Assembly (NCBI GenBank): GCA_964057225.1
Contig: OZ059895.1
Span: 21,204,001 to 21,268,000 of the forward strand
Direction of reading: 5' to 3'
DNA length: 64,000 nt
Origin: Auanema rhodensis
Lineage: Eukaryota; Animalia; Nematoda
Each line of letters opens with the position of its first letter. The stretch's first letter is position 1. The notes under the pieces are model-generated. The model was given only the letters and a program-made list of their open reading frames with translations, searched no databases and was not told where the DNA came from. Made by a program: the position numbers and the translations under genes. Shown piece after piece: positions 1-14,600 of the stretch.

Positions 1-3000
1 AGATTCCCCATGTCCATATTAGTCTAAAAACAAATTTTTATTAATATTGGTGCATGGTAACCATGACTTTGAAATTTACGTGAACTTTAATTTATGCTAA
101 TTAAGTGTACACATGATGTGCGCTTGGTATGTAACTCGCTTCACGTCAAAGATAAAGAGATGCGGTTTTCAAAATTAGATTCCCCATTTCCATATTAGTC
201 TAAAAACAATATTTTATTGATATTGGTGCATGGCAACCATGACTTTAAAATTTACGTGAACTTTAATTTATGCTAATTAAGTGTACACATGATGTGCACT
301 TGGTATGTAACTCGCTTCACGTCAAAGATAAAGAGATGCGGTTTTCAAAATTAGATTCCCCATGTCCATATTAGTCTAAAAACAAATTTTTATTAATATT
401 GGTGCATGGTAACCATGACTTTGAAATTTACGTGAACTTTAATTTATGCTAATTAAGTGTACACATGATGTGCGCTTGGTATGTAACTCGCTTCACGTGA
501 AAGATAAAGAGATGCGGTTTTCAAAATTAGATTCCTCATGTCCATACTAATCTAAAAACGAATTTTTATTGATATTGATGCATGGTAACCATGACTTTGA
601 AATTTACGTGAACTTTAATTTATGCTTATTAAGTGTACACGTGATGTGCACTTGGTATGTAACTTGCTTCACGTGAAAGATAAAGGGATGCGGTTTTCAA
701 AATTAGATTCCCCATGTCCATATTAGTCTAAAAACAAATTTTTATTAATATTGGTGCATGATAACCATGACTTTGAAATTTACGTGAACTTTAATTTATG
801 CTAATTAAGTGTACACATGATGTGCGCTTGGTATGTAACTCGCTTCACGTCAAAGATAAAGAGATGCGGTTTTCAAAATTAGATTCCCCATTTCCATATT
901 AGTCTAAAAACAATATTTTATTGATATTGGTGCATGGCAACCATGACTTTAAAATTTACGTGAACTTTAATTTATGCTAATTAAGTGTACACATGATGTG
1001 CACTTGGTATGTAACTCGCTTCACGTCAAAGATAAAGAGATGCGGTTTTCAAAATTAGATTCCCCATGTCCATATTAGTCTAAAAACAAATTTTTATTAA
1101 TATTGGTGCATGGTAACCATGACTTTGAAATTTACGTGAACTTTAATTTATGCTTATTAAGTGTACACGTGATGTGCACTTGGTATGTAACTTGCTTCAC
1201 GTGAAAGATAAAGGGATGCGGTTTCCAAAATTAGATTCCCCATGTCCATATTAGTCTAAAAACAAATTTTTGTTGATATTGGTGGATGGTAACCATGACT
1301 TTGTAATTTACGTGAACTTTAATTTATGCTAATTAAGTGTACACGTGATGTGCACTTGGTATGTAACTCGCTTCACGTGAAAGATAAAGAGATGCGGTTT
1401 TCAAAATTAGATTCCTCATGTCCATATTAGTCTAAAAACGAATTTTTATTGATATTGATGCATGGCAACCATGACTTTAAAATTTACGTGAACTTTAATT
1501 TATGCTAATTAAGTGTACACATGATGTGCACTTGGTATGTAACTCGCTTCACGTCAAAGATAAAGAGATGCGGTTTTCAAAATTAGATTCCCCATGTCCA
1601 TATTAGTCTAAAAACAAATTTTTATTAATATTGGTGCATGGTAACCATGACTTTGAAATTTACGTGAACTTTAATTTATGCTAATTAAGTGTACACATGA
1701 TGTGCGCTTGGTATGTAACTCGCTTCACGTGAAAGATAAAGAGATGCGGTTTTCAAAATTAGATTCCTCATGTCCATACTAGTCTAAAAACGAATTTTTA
1801 TTGATATTGATGCATGGTAACCATGACTTTGAAATTTACGTGAACTTTAATTTATGCTTATTAAGTGTACACGTGATGTGCACTTGGTATGTAACTTGCT
1901 TCACGTGAAAGATAAAGGGATGCGGTTTTCAAAATTAGATTCCCCATGTCCATATTAGTCTAAAAACAAATTTTTGTTGATATTGGTGTATGGTAACCAT
2001 GACTTTGTAATTTACGTGAACTTTAATTTATGCTAATTAAGTGTACACGTGATGTGCACTTGGTATGTAACTCGCTTCACGTGAAAGATAAAGAGATGCG
2101 GTTTTCACAATTAGATTCCTCATGTCCATATTAGTCTAAAAACGAATTTTTATTGATATTGATGCATGGTAACCATGACTTTGAAATTTACGTGAACTTT
2201 AATTTATGCTTATTAAGTGTACACATGATGTGCGCTTGGTATGTAACTCGCTTCACGTGAAAGATAAAGAGATGCGGTTTTCAAAATTAGATTCCTCATG
2301 TCCATACTAGTCTAAAAACGAATTTTTATTGATATTGATGCATGGTAACCATGACTTTGAAATTTACGTGAACTTTAATTTATGCTTATTAAGTGTACAC
2401 GTGATGTGCACTTGGTATGTAACTCGCTTCACGTCAAAGATAAAGAGATGCGGTTTTCAAAATTAGATTCCCCATGTCCATATTAGTCTAAAAACGAATT
2501 TTTATTGATATTGATGCATGGTAACCATGACTTTGAAATTTACGTGAACTTTAATTTATGCTTATTAAGTGTACACGTGATGTGCACTTGGTATGTAACT
2601 TGCTTCACGTGAAAGATAAAGGGATGCGGTTTTCAAAATTAGATTCCACATGTCCATATTAGTCTAAAAACAAATTTTTGTTGATATTGGTGGATGGTAA
2701 CCATGACTTTGTAATTTACGTGAACTTTAATTTATGCTAATTAAGTGTACACGTGATGTGCACTTGGTATGTAACTCGCTTCACGTGAAAGATAAAGAGA
2801 TGCGGTTTTCAAAATTAGATTCCTCATGTCCATATCAGTCTAAAAACGAATTTTTATTGATATTGATGCATGGTAACCATGACTTTGAAATATACGTGAA
2901 CTTTAATTTATGCTTATTAAGTGTACACGTGATGTGCACTTGGTATGTAACTTGCTTCACGTGAAAGATAAAGGGATGCGGTTTTCAAAATTAGATTCCC

Positions 3001-4399
3001 CATGTCCATATTAGTCTAAAAACAAATTTTTGTTGATATTGGTGGATGGTAACCATGACTTTGAAATTTACGTGAACTTTAATTTATGCTAATTAAGTGT
3101 ACACGTGATGTGCACTCGGTATGTAACTCGCTTCAAGTGAAATATGAAGAGATGCGGTTTTCAAAATTAGATTCCCCATGTCCATATTAGTCTAAAAACA
3201 AATTTTTATTGATATTGGTGCTTGGTAACCATGACTTTGAAATTTACGTGAACTTTAATTTATGCTTATTAAGTGTACACGTGATGTGCACTTGGTATGT
3301 AACTCGCTTCACGTGAAAGATAAAGGGATGCGGTTTTCAAAATTAGATTCCCCATGTCCATATTAGTCTAAAAACAAATTTTTATTAATATTGGTGCATG
3401 GTAACCATGACTTTGAAATTTACGTGAACTTTAATTTATGCTAATTAAGTGTACACATGATGTGCGCTTGGTATGTAACTCGCTTCACGTGAAAGATAAA
3501 GAGATGCGGTTTTCAAAATTAGATTCCCCATTTCCATATTAGTCTAAAAACAATATTTTATTGATATTGGTGCATGGCAACCATGACTTTAAAATTTACG
3601 TGAACTTTAATTTATGCTAATTAAGTGTACACATGATGTGCACTTGGTATGTAACTCGCTTCACGTCAAAGATAAAGAGATGCGGTTTTCAAAATTAGAT
3701 TCCCCATGTCCATATTAGTCTAAAAACAAATTTTTATTAATATTGGTGCATGGTAACCATGACTTTGAAATTTACGTGAACTTTAATTTATGCTAATTAA
3801 GTGTACACATGATGTGCGCTTGGTATGTAACTCGCTTCACGTGAAAGATAAAGAGATGCGGTTTTCAAAATTAGATTCCCCATTTCCATATTAGTCTAAA
3901 AACAATATTTTATTGATATTGGTGCATGGCAACCATGACTTTAAAATTTACGTGAACTTTAATTTATGCTAATTAAGTGTACACATGATGTGCACTTGGT
4001 ATGTAACTCGCTTCACGTCAAAGATAAAGAGATGCGGTTTTCAAAATTAGATTCCCCATGTCCATATTAGTCTAAAAACAAATTTTTATTAATATTGGTG
4101 CATGGTAACCATGACTTTGAAATTTACGTGAACTTTAATTTATGCTAATTAAGTGTACACATGATGTGCGCTTGGTATGTAACTCGCTTCACGTGAAAGA
4201 TAAAGAGATGCGGTTTTCAAAATTAGATTCCTCATGTCCATACTAGTCTAAAAACGAATTTTTATTGATATTGATGCATGGTAACCATGACTTTGAAATT
4301 TACGTGAACTTTAATTTATGCTTATTAAGTGTACACGTGATGTGCACTTGGTATGTAACTTGCTTCACGTGAAAGATAAAGGGATGCGGTTTTCAAAAT

Positions 4400-7300
4400 T
4401 AGATTCCCCATGTCCATATTAGTCTAAAAACAAATTTTTGTTGATATTGGTGGATGGTAACCATGACTTTGTAATTTACGTAAACTTTAATTTATGCTAA
4501 TTAAGTGTACACGTGATGTGCACTTGGTATGTAACTCGCTTCACGTGAAAGATAAAGAGATGCGGTTTTCAAAATTAGATTCCTCATGTCCATATTAGTC
4601 TAAAAACGAATTTTCATTGATATTGATGCATGGTAACCATGACTTTGAAATTTACGTGAACTTTAATTTATGCTTATTAAGTGTACACATGATGTGCGCT
4701 TGGTATGTAACTCGCTTCACGTGAAAGATAAAGAGATGCGGTTTTCAAAATTAGATTCCTCATGTCCATATTAGTCTAAAAACGAATTTTTATTGATATT
4801 GATGCATGGTAACCATGACTTTGAAATTTACGTGAACTTTAATTTATGCTTATTAAGTGTACACGTGATGTGCACTTGGTATGTAACTTGCTTCACGTGA
4901 AAGATAAAGGGATGCGGTTTTCAAAATTAGATTCCCCATGTCCATATTAGTCTAAAAACAAATTTTTGTTGATATTGGTGGATGGTAACCATGACTTTGA
5001 AATTTACGTGAACTTTAATTTATGCTAATTAAGTGTACACGTGATGTGCACTCGGTATGTAACTCGCTTCACGTGAAATATGAAGAGATGCGGTTTTCAA
5101 AATTAGATTCCCCATGTCCATATTAGTCTAAAAACAAATTTTTATTAATATTGGTGCTTGGTAACCATGACTTTGAAATTTACGTGAACTTTAATTTATG
5201 CTAATTAAGTGAACACATGATGTGCACTTGGTATGTAACTCGCTTCACGTGAAAGATAGAGAGATGCGGTTTTCAAAATAGATTCCCCATGTCCATATTA
5301 GTCTAAAAACGAATTTTTATTGATATTGATTCATGGTAACCATGACTTTGAAAATTACGTGAACTTTAATTTATGCTAATTAAGTGAACACATGATGTGC
5401 ACTTGGTATGTAACTCGCTTCACGTGAAAGATAAAGGGATGCGGTTTTCAAAAGTAGATTCCCCATGTCCATATTAGTCTAAAAACAAATTTTTATTAAT
5501 ATTGGTGCATGGTAACCATGACTTTGAAATTTACGTGAACTTTAATTTATGCTAATTAAGTGTACACATGATGTGCGCTTGGTATGTAACTCGCTTCACG
5601 TGAAAGATAAAGAGATGCGGTTTTCAAAATTAGATTCCCCATTTCCATATTAGTCTAAAAACAAATTTTTGTTGATATTGGTGGATGGTAACCATGACTT
5701 TGTAATTTACGTGAACTTTAATTTATGCTAATTAAGTGTACACGTGATGTGCACTTGGTATGTAACTCGCTTCACGTGAAAGATAAAGAGATGCGGTTTT
5801 CAAAATTAGATTCCTCATGTCCATATTAGTCTAAAAACGAATTTTCATTGATATTGATGCATGGTAACCATGACTTTGAAATTTACGTGAACTTTAATTT
5901 ATGCTTATTAAGTGTACACATGATGTGCGCTTGGTATGTAACTCGCTTCACGTGAAAGATAAAGAGATGCGGTTTTCAAAATTAGATTCCTCATGTCCAT
6001 ATTAGTCTAAAAACGAATTTTTATTGATATTGATGCATGGTAACCATGACTTTGAAATTTACGTGAACTTTAATTTATGCTTATTAAGTGTACACGTGAT
6101 GTGCACTTGGTATGTAACTTGCTTCACGTGAAAGATAAAGGGATGCGGTTTTCAAAATTAGATTCCCCATGTCCATATTAGTCTAAAAACAAATTTTTGT
6201 TGATATTGGTGGATGGTAACCATGACTTTGAAATTTACGTGAACTTTAATTTATGCTAATTAAGTGTACACGTGATGTGCACTCGGTATGTAACTCGCTT
6301 CACGTGAAATATGAAGAGATGCGGTTTTCAAAATTAGATTCCCCATGTCCATATTAGTCTAAAAACAAATTTTTATTAATATTGGTGCTTGGTAACCATG
6401 ACTTTGAAATTTACGTGAACTTTAATTTATGCTAATTAAGTGAACACATGATGTGCACTTGGTATGTAACTCGCTTCACGTGAAAGATAGAGAGATGCGG
6501 TTTTCAAAATAGATTCCCCATGTCCATATTAGTCTAAAAACGAATTTTTATTGATATTGATTCATGGTAACCATGACTTTGAAAATTACGTGAACTTTAA
6601 TTTATGCTTATTAAGTGTACACATGATGTGCGCTTGGTATGTAACTCGCTTCACGTGAAAGATCAAGAGATGCGGTTTTCAAAATTAGATTCCTCATGTC
6701 CATATTAGTCTAAAAACGAATTTTTATTGATATTGATGCATGGTAACCATGACTTTGAAATTTACGTGAACTTTAATTTATGCTTATTAAGTGTACACGT
6801 GATGTGCACTTGGTATGTAACTTGCTTCACGTGAAAGATAAAGGGATGCGGTTTTCAAAATTAGATTCCCCATGTCCATATTAGTCTAAAAACAAATTTT
6901 TGTTGATATTGGTGGATGGTAACCATGACTTTGAAATTTACGTGAACTTTAATTTATGCTAATTAAGTGTACACGTGATGTGCACTCGGTATGTAACTCG
7001 CTTCACGTGAAATATGAAGAGATGCGGTTTTCAAAATTAGATTCCCCATGTCCATATTAGTCTAAAAACAAATTTTTATTAATATTGGTGCTTGGTAACC
7101 ATGACTTTGAAATTTACGTGAACTTTAATTTATGCTAATTAAGTGAACACATGATGTGCACTTGGTATGTAACTCGCTTCACGTGAAAGATAGAGAGATG
7201 CGGTTTTCAAAATAGATTCCCCATGTCCATATTAGTCTAAAAACGAATTTTTATTGATATTGATTCATGGTAACCATGACTTTGAAAATTACGTGAACTT

Positions 7301-10300
7301 TAATTTATGCTAATTAAGTGAACACATGATGTGCACTTGGTATGTAACTCGCTTCACGTGAAAGATAAAGGGATGCGGTTTTCAAAAGTAGATTCCCCAT
7401 GTCCATATTAGTCTAAAAACAAATTTTTATTAATATTGGTGCATGGTAACCATGACTTTGAAATTTACGTGAACTTTAATTTATGCTAATTAAGTGTACA
7501 CATGATGTGCGCTTGGTATGTAACTCGCTTCACGTGAAAGATAAAGAGATGCGGTTTTCAAAATTAGATTCCCCATTTCCATATTAGTCTAAAAACAAAT
7601 TTTTGTTGATATTGGTGGATGGTAACCATGACTTTGTAATTTACGTGAACTTTAATTTATGCTAATTAAGTGTACACGTGATGTGCACTTGGTATGTAAC
7701 TCGCTTCACGTGAAAGATAAAGAGATGCGGTTTTCAAAATTAGATTCCTCATGTCCATATTAGTCTAAAAACGAATTTTCATTGATATTGATGCATGGTA
7801 ACCATGACTTTGAAATTTACGTGAACTTTAATTTATGCTTATTAAGTGTACACATGATGTGCGCTTGGTATGTAACTCGCTTCACGTGAAAGATAAAGAG
7901 ATGCGGTTTTCAAAATTAGATTCCTCATGTCCATATTAGTCTAAAAACGAATTTTTATTGATATTGATGCATGGTAACCATGACTTTGAAATTTACGTGA
8001 ACTTTAATTTATGCTTATTAAGTGTACACGTGATGTGCACTTGGTATGTAACTTGCTTCACGTGAAAGATAAAGGGATGCGGTTTTCAAAATTAGATTCC
8101 CCATGTCCATATTAGTCTAAAAACAAATTTTTGTTGATATTGGTGGATGGTAACCATGACTTTGAAATTTACGTGAACTTTAATTTATGCTAATTAAGTG
8201 TACACGTGATGTGCACTCGGTATGTAACTCGCTTCACGTGAAATATGAAGAGATGCGGTTTTCAAAATTAGATTCCCCATGTCCATATTAGTCTAAAAAC
8301 AAATTTTTATTAATATTGGTGCTTGGTAACCATGACTTTGAAATTTACGTGAACTTTAATTTATGCTAATTAAGTGAACACATGATGTGCACTTGGTATG
8401 TAACTCGCTTCACGTGAAAGATAGAGAGATGCGGTTTTCAAAATAGATTCCCCATGTCCATATTAGTCTAAAAACGAATTTTTATTGATATTGATTCATG
8501 GTAACCATGACTTTGAAAATTACGTGAACTTTAATTTATGCTAATTAAGTGAACACATGATGTGCACTTGGTATGTAACTCGCTTCACGTGAAAGATAAA
8601 GGGATGCGGTTTTCAAAAGTAGATTCCCCATGTCCATATTAGTCTAAAAACAAATTTTTATTAATATTGGTGCATGGTAACCATGACTTTGAAATTTACG
8701 TGAACTTTAATTTATGCTAATTAAGTGTACACATGATGTGCGCTTGGTATGTAACTCGCTTCACGTGAAAGATAAAGAGATGCGGTTTTCAAAATTAGAT
8801 TCCCCATTTCCATATTAGTCTAAAAACAATATTTTATTGATATTGGTGCATGGCAACCATGACTTTAAAATTTACGTGAACTTTAATTTATGCTAATTAA
8901 GTGTACACATGTTGTGCACTTGGTATGTAACTCGCTTCACGTCAAAGATAAAGAGATGCGGTTTTCAAAATTAGATTCCCCATGTCCATATTAGTCTAAA
9001 AACGAATTTTTATTGATATTGATGCATGGTAACCATGACTTTGAAATTTACGTGAACTTTAATTTATGCTTATTAAGTGTACACGTGATGTGCACTTGGT
9101 ATGTAACTTGCTTCACGTGAAAGATAAAGGGATGCGGTTTTCAAAATTAGATTCCACATGTCCATATTAGTCTAAAAACAAATTTTTGTTGATATTGGTG
9201 GATGGTAACCATGACTTTGTAATTTACGTGAACTTTAATTTATGCTAATTAAGTGTACACGTGATGTGCACTTGGTATGTAACTCGCTTCACGTGAAAGA
9301 TAAAGAGATGCGGTTTTCAAAATTAGATTCCTCATGTCCATATCAGTCTAAAAACGAATTTTTATTGATATTGATGCATGGTAACCATGACTTTGAAATT
9401 TACGTGAACTTTAATTTATGCTTATTAAGTGTACACGTGATGTGCACTTGGTATGTAACTTGCTTCACGTGAAAGATAAAGGGATGCGGTTTTCAAAATT
9501 AGATTCCCCATGTCCATATTAGTCTAAAAACAAATTTTTGTTGATATTGGTGAATGGTAACCATGACTTTGAAATTTACGTGAACTTTAATTTATGCTAA
9601 TTAAGTGTACACGTGATGTGCACTCGGTATGTAACTCGCTTCACGTGAAATATGAAGAGATGCGGTTTTCAAAATTAGATTCCCCATGTCCATATTAGTC
9701 TAAAAACGAATTTTTATTGATATTGATTCATGGTAACCATGACTTTGAAAAGTACGTGAACTTTAATTTATGCTAATTAAGTGAACACATGATGTGCACT
9801 TGGTATGTAACTCGCTTCACGTGAAAGATAAAGGGATGCGGTTTTCAAAAGTAGATTCCCCATGTCCATATTAGTCTAAAAACAAATTTTTATTAATATT
9901 GGTGCATGGTAACCATGACTTTGAAATTTACGTGAACTTTAATTTATGCTAATTAAGTGTACACATGATGTGCGCTTGGTATGTAACTCGCTTCACGTGA
10001 AAGATAAAGAGATGCGGTTTTCAAAATTAGATTCCCCATTTCCATATTAGTCTAAAAACAATATTTTATTGATATTGGTGCATGGCAACCATGACTTTAA
10101 AATTTACGTGAACTTTAATTTATGCTAATTAAGTGTACACATGTTGTGCACTTGGTATGTAACTCGCTTCACGTCAAAGATAAAGAGATGCGGTTTTCAA
10201 AATTAGATTCCCCATGTCCATATTAGTCTAAAAACGAATTTTTATTGATATTGATGCATGGTAACCATGACTTTGAAATTTACGTGAACTTTAATTTATG

Positions 10301-13300
10301 CTTATTAAGTGTACACGTGATGTGCACTTGGTATGTAACTTGCTTCACGTGAAAGATAAAGGGATGCGGTTTTCAAAATTAGATTCCCCATGTCCATATT
10401 AGTCTAAAAACAAATTTTTGTTGATATTGGTGGATGGTAACCATGACTTTGAAATTTACGTGAACTTTAATTTATGCTAATTAAGTGTACACGTGATGTG
10501 CACTCGGTATGTAACTCGCTTCACGTGAAATATGAAGAGATGCGGTTTTCAAAATTAGATTCCCCATGTCCATATTAGTCTAAAAACAAATTTTTATTGA
10601 TATTGGTGCTTGGTAACCATGACTTTGAAATTTACGTGAACTTTAATTTATGCTTATTAAGTGTACACGTGATGTGCACTTGGTATGTAACTCGCTTCAC
10701 GTGAAAGATAAAGGGATGCGGTTTTCAAAATTAGATTCCCCATGTCCATATTAGTCTAAAAACAAATTTTTATTAATATTGGTGCATGGTAACCATGACT
10801 TTGAAATTTACGTGAACTTTAATTTATGCTAATTAAGTGTACACATGATGTGCGCTTGGTATGTAACTCGCTTCACGTGAAAGATAAAGAGATGCGGTTT
10901 TCAAAATTAGATTCCCCATTTCCATATTAGTCTAAAAACAAATTTTTGTTGATATTGGTGGATGGTAACCATGACTTTGAAATTTACGTGAACTTTAATT
11001 TATGCTAATTAAGTGTACACGTGATGTGCACTCGGTATGTAACTCGCTTCACGTGAAATATGAAGAGATGCGGTTTTAAAAATTAGATTCCCCATGTCCA
11101 TATTAGTCTAAAAACAAATTTTTATTAATATTGGTGCATGGTAACCATGACTTTGAAATTTACGTGAACTTTAATTTATGCTAATTAAGTGTACACATGA
11201 TGTGCGCTTGGTATGTAACTCGCTTCACGTGAAAGATAAAGAGATGCGGTTTTCAAAATTAGATTCCCCATTTCCATATTAGTCTAAAAACAATATTTTA
11301 TTGATATTGGTGCATGGCAACCATGACTTTGAAATTTACGTGTACTTTAATTTATGCTAATTAAGTGTACACATGATGTGCACTTGGTATGTAACTCGCT
11401 TCACGTCAAAGATAAAGAGATGCGGTTTTAAAAATTAGATTCCCCATGTCCATATTAGTCTAAAAACAAATTTTTATTAATATTGGTGCATGGTAACCAT
11501 GACTTTGAAATTTACGTGAACTTTAATTTATGCTAATTAAGTGTACACATGATGTGCGCTTGGTATGTAACTCGCTTCACGTGAAAGATAAAGAGATGCG
11601 GTTTTCAAAATTAGATTCCCCATTTCCATATTAGTCTAAAAACAATATTTTATTGATATTGGTGCATGGCAACCATGACTTTAAAATTTACGTGAACTTT
11701 AATTTATGCTAATTAAGTGTACACATGTTGTGCACTTGGTATGTAACTCGCTTCACGTCAAAGATAAAGAGATGCGGTTTTCAAAATTAGATTCCCCATG
11801 TCCATATTAGTCTAAAAACGAATTTTTATTGATATTGATGCATGGTAACCATGACTTTGAAATTTACGTGAACTTTAATTTATGCTTATTAAGTGTACAC
11901 GTGATGTGCACTTGGTATGTAACTTGCTTCACGTGAAAGATAAAGGGATGCGGTTTTCAAAATTAGATTCCACATGTCCATATTAGTCTAAAAACAAATT
12001 TTTGTTGATATTGGTGGATGGTAACCATGACTTTGTAATTTACGTGAACTTTAATTTATGCTAATTAAGTGTACACGTGATGTGCACTTGGTATCTAACT
12101 CGCTTCACGTGAAAGATAAAGAGATGCGGTTTTCAAAATTAGATTCCTCATGTCCATATTAGTCTAAAAACGAATTTTTATTGATATTGATGCATGGTAA
12201 CCATGACTTTGAAATTTACGTGAACTTTAATTTATGCTTATTAAGTGTACACGTGATGTGCACTTGGTATGTAACTTGCTTCACGTGAAAGATAAAGGGA
12301 TGCGGTTTTCAAAATTAGATTCCCCATGTCCATATTAGTCTAAAAACAAATTTTTGTTGATATTGGTGGATGGTAACCATGACTTTGAAATTTACGTGAA
12401 CTTTAATTTATGCTAATTAAGTGTACACGTGATGTGCACTCGGTATGTAACTCGCTTCACGTGAAATATGAAGAGATGCGGTTTTCAAAATTAGATTCCC
12501 CATGTCCATATTAGTCTAAAAACAAATTTTTATTAATATTGGTGCTTGGTAACCATGACTTTGAAATTTACGTGAACTTTAATTTATGCTAATTAAGTGA
12601 ACACATGATGTGCACTTGGTATGTAACTCGCTTCACGTGAAAGATAGAGAGATGCGGTTTTCAAAATAGATTCCCCATGTCCATATTAGTCTAAAAACGA
12701 ATTTTTATTGATATTGATTCATGGTAACCATGACTTTGAAAAGTACGTGAACTTTAATTTATGCTAATTAAGTGAACACATGATGTGCACTTGGTATGTA
12801 ACTCGCTTCACGTGAAAGATAAAGGGATGCGGTTTTCAAAAGTAGATTCCCCATGTCCATATTAGTCTAAAAACGAATTTTTATTGATATTGATGCATGG
12901 TAACCATGACTTTGAAATTTACGTGAACTTTAATTTATGCTTATTAAGTGTACACGTGATGTGCACTTGGTATGTAACTTGCTTCACGTGAAAGATAAAG
13001 GGATGCGGTTTTCAAAATTAGATTCCCCATGTCCATATTAGTCTAAAAACAAATTTTTGTTGATATTGGTGGATGGTAACCATGACTTTGAAATTTACGT
13101 GAACTTTAATTTATGCTAATTAAGTGTACACGTGATGTGCACTCGGTATGTAACTCGCTTCACGTGAAATATGAAGAGATGCGGTTTTCAAAATTAGATT
13201 CCCCATGTCCATATTAGTCTAAAAACAAATTTTTATTGATATTGGTGCTTGGTAACCATGACTTTGAAATTTACGTGAACTTTAATTTATGCTTATTAAG

Positions 13301-14600
13301 TGTACACGTGATGTGCACTTGGTATGTAACTCGCTTCACGTCAAAGATAAAGAGATGCGGTTTTAAAAATTAGATTCCCCATGTCCATATTAGTCTAAAA
13401 ACAAATTTTTATTAATATTGGTGCATGGTAACCATGACTTTGAAATTTACGTGAACTTTAATTTATGCTAATTAAGTGTACACATGATGTGCGCTTGGTA
13501 TGTAACTCGCTTCACGTGAAAGATAAAGAGATGCGGTTTTCAAAATTAGATTCCCCATTTCCATATTAGTCTAAAAACAATATTTTTGTTGATATTGGTG
13601 GATGGTAACCATGACTTTGAAATTTACGTGAACTTTAATTTATGCTAATTAAGTGTACACGTGATGTGCACTCGGTATGTAACTCGCTTCACGTGAAATA
13701 TGAAGAGATGCGGTTTTCAAAATTAGATTCCCCATGTCCATATTAGTCTAAAAACAAATTTTTATTAATATTGGTGCTTGGTAACCATGACTTTGAAATT
13801 TACGTGAACTTTAATTTATGCTAATTAAGTGAACACATGATGTGCACTTGGTATGTAACTCGCTTCACGTGAAAGATAGAGAGATGCGGTTTTCAAAATA
13901 GATTCCCCATGTCCATATTAGTCTAAAAACGAATTTTTATTGATATTGATTCATGGTAACCATGACTTTGAAAAGTACGTGAACTTTAATTTATGCTAAT
14001 TAAGTGAACACATGATGTGCACTTGGTATGTAACTCGCTTCACGTGAAAGATAAAGGGATGCGGTTTTCAAAAGTAGATTCCCCATGTCCATATTAGTCT
14101 AAAAACGAATTTTTATTGATATTGATGCATGGTAACCATGACTTTGAAATTTACGTGAACTTTAATTTATGCTTATTAAGTGTACACGTGATGTGCACTT
14201 GGTATGTAACTTGCTTCACGTGAAAGATAAAGGGATGCGGTTTTCAAAATTAGATTCCCCATGTCCATATTAGTCTAAAAACAAATTTTTGTTGATATTG
14301 GTGGATGGTAACCATGACTTTGAAATTTACGTGAACTTTAATTTATGCTAATTAAGTGTACACGTGATGTGCACTCGGTATGTAACTCGCTTCACGTGAA
14401 ATATGAAGAGATGCGGTTTTCAAAATTAGATTCCCCATGTCCATATTAGTCTAAAAACAAATTTTTATTGATATTGGTGCTTGGTAACCATGACTTTGAA
14501 ATTTACGTGAACTTTAATTTATGCTTATTAAGTGTACACGTGATGTGCACTTGGTATGTAACTCGCTTCACGTGAAAGATAAAGGGATGCGGTTTTCAAA
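4400..14600. repeat. Satellite sub-domain with recurrent ~7-mer (1231-1232 bp) higher-order repeat
   Basis: Marker AAAAGTAGAT has its G at 5454, 7388, 8619, 9851, 12842 and 14074 (spacings 1934, 1231, 1232, 2991, 1232). Marker TTTTCATTG occurs at 4615, 5846 and 7780. Boundaries are approximate. Confidence 0.75.

Noticed and set aside
19-24. TTAGTC in the monomer resembling the telomeric hexamer TTAGGC
   Set aside because: One mismatched hexamer per 176 bp, with no tandem telomeric tract.
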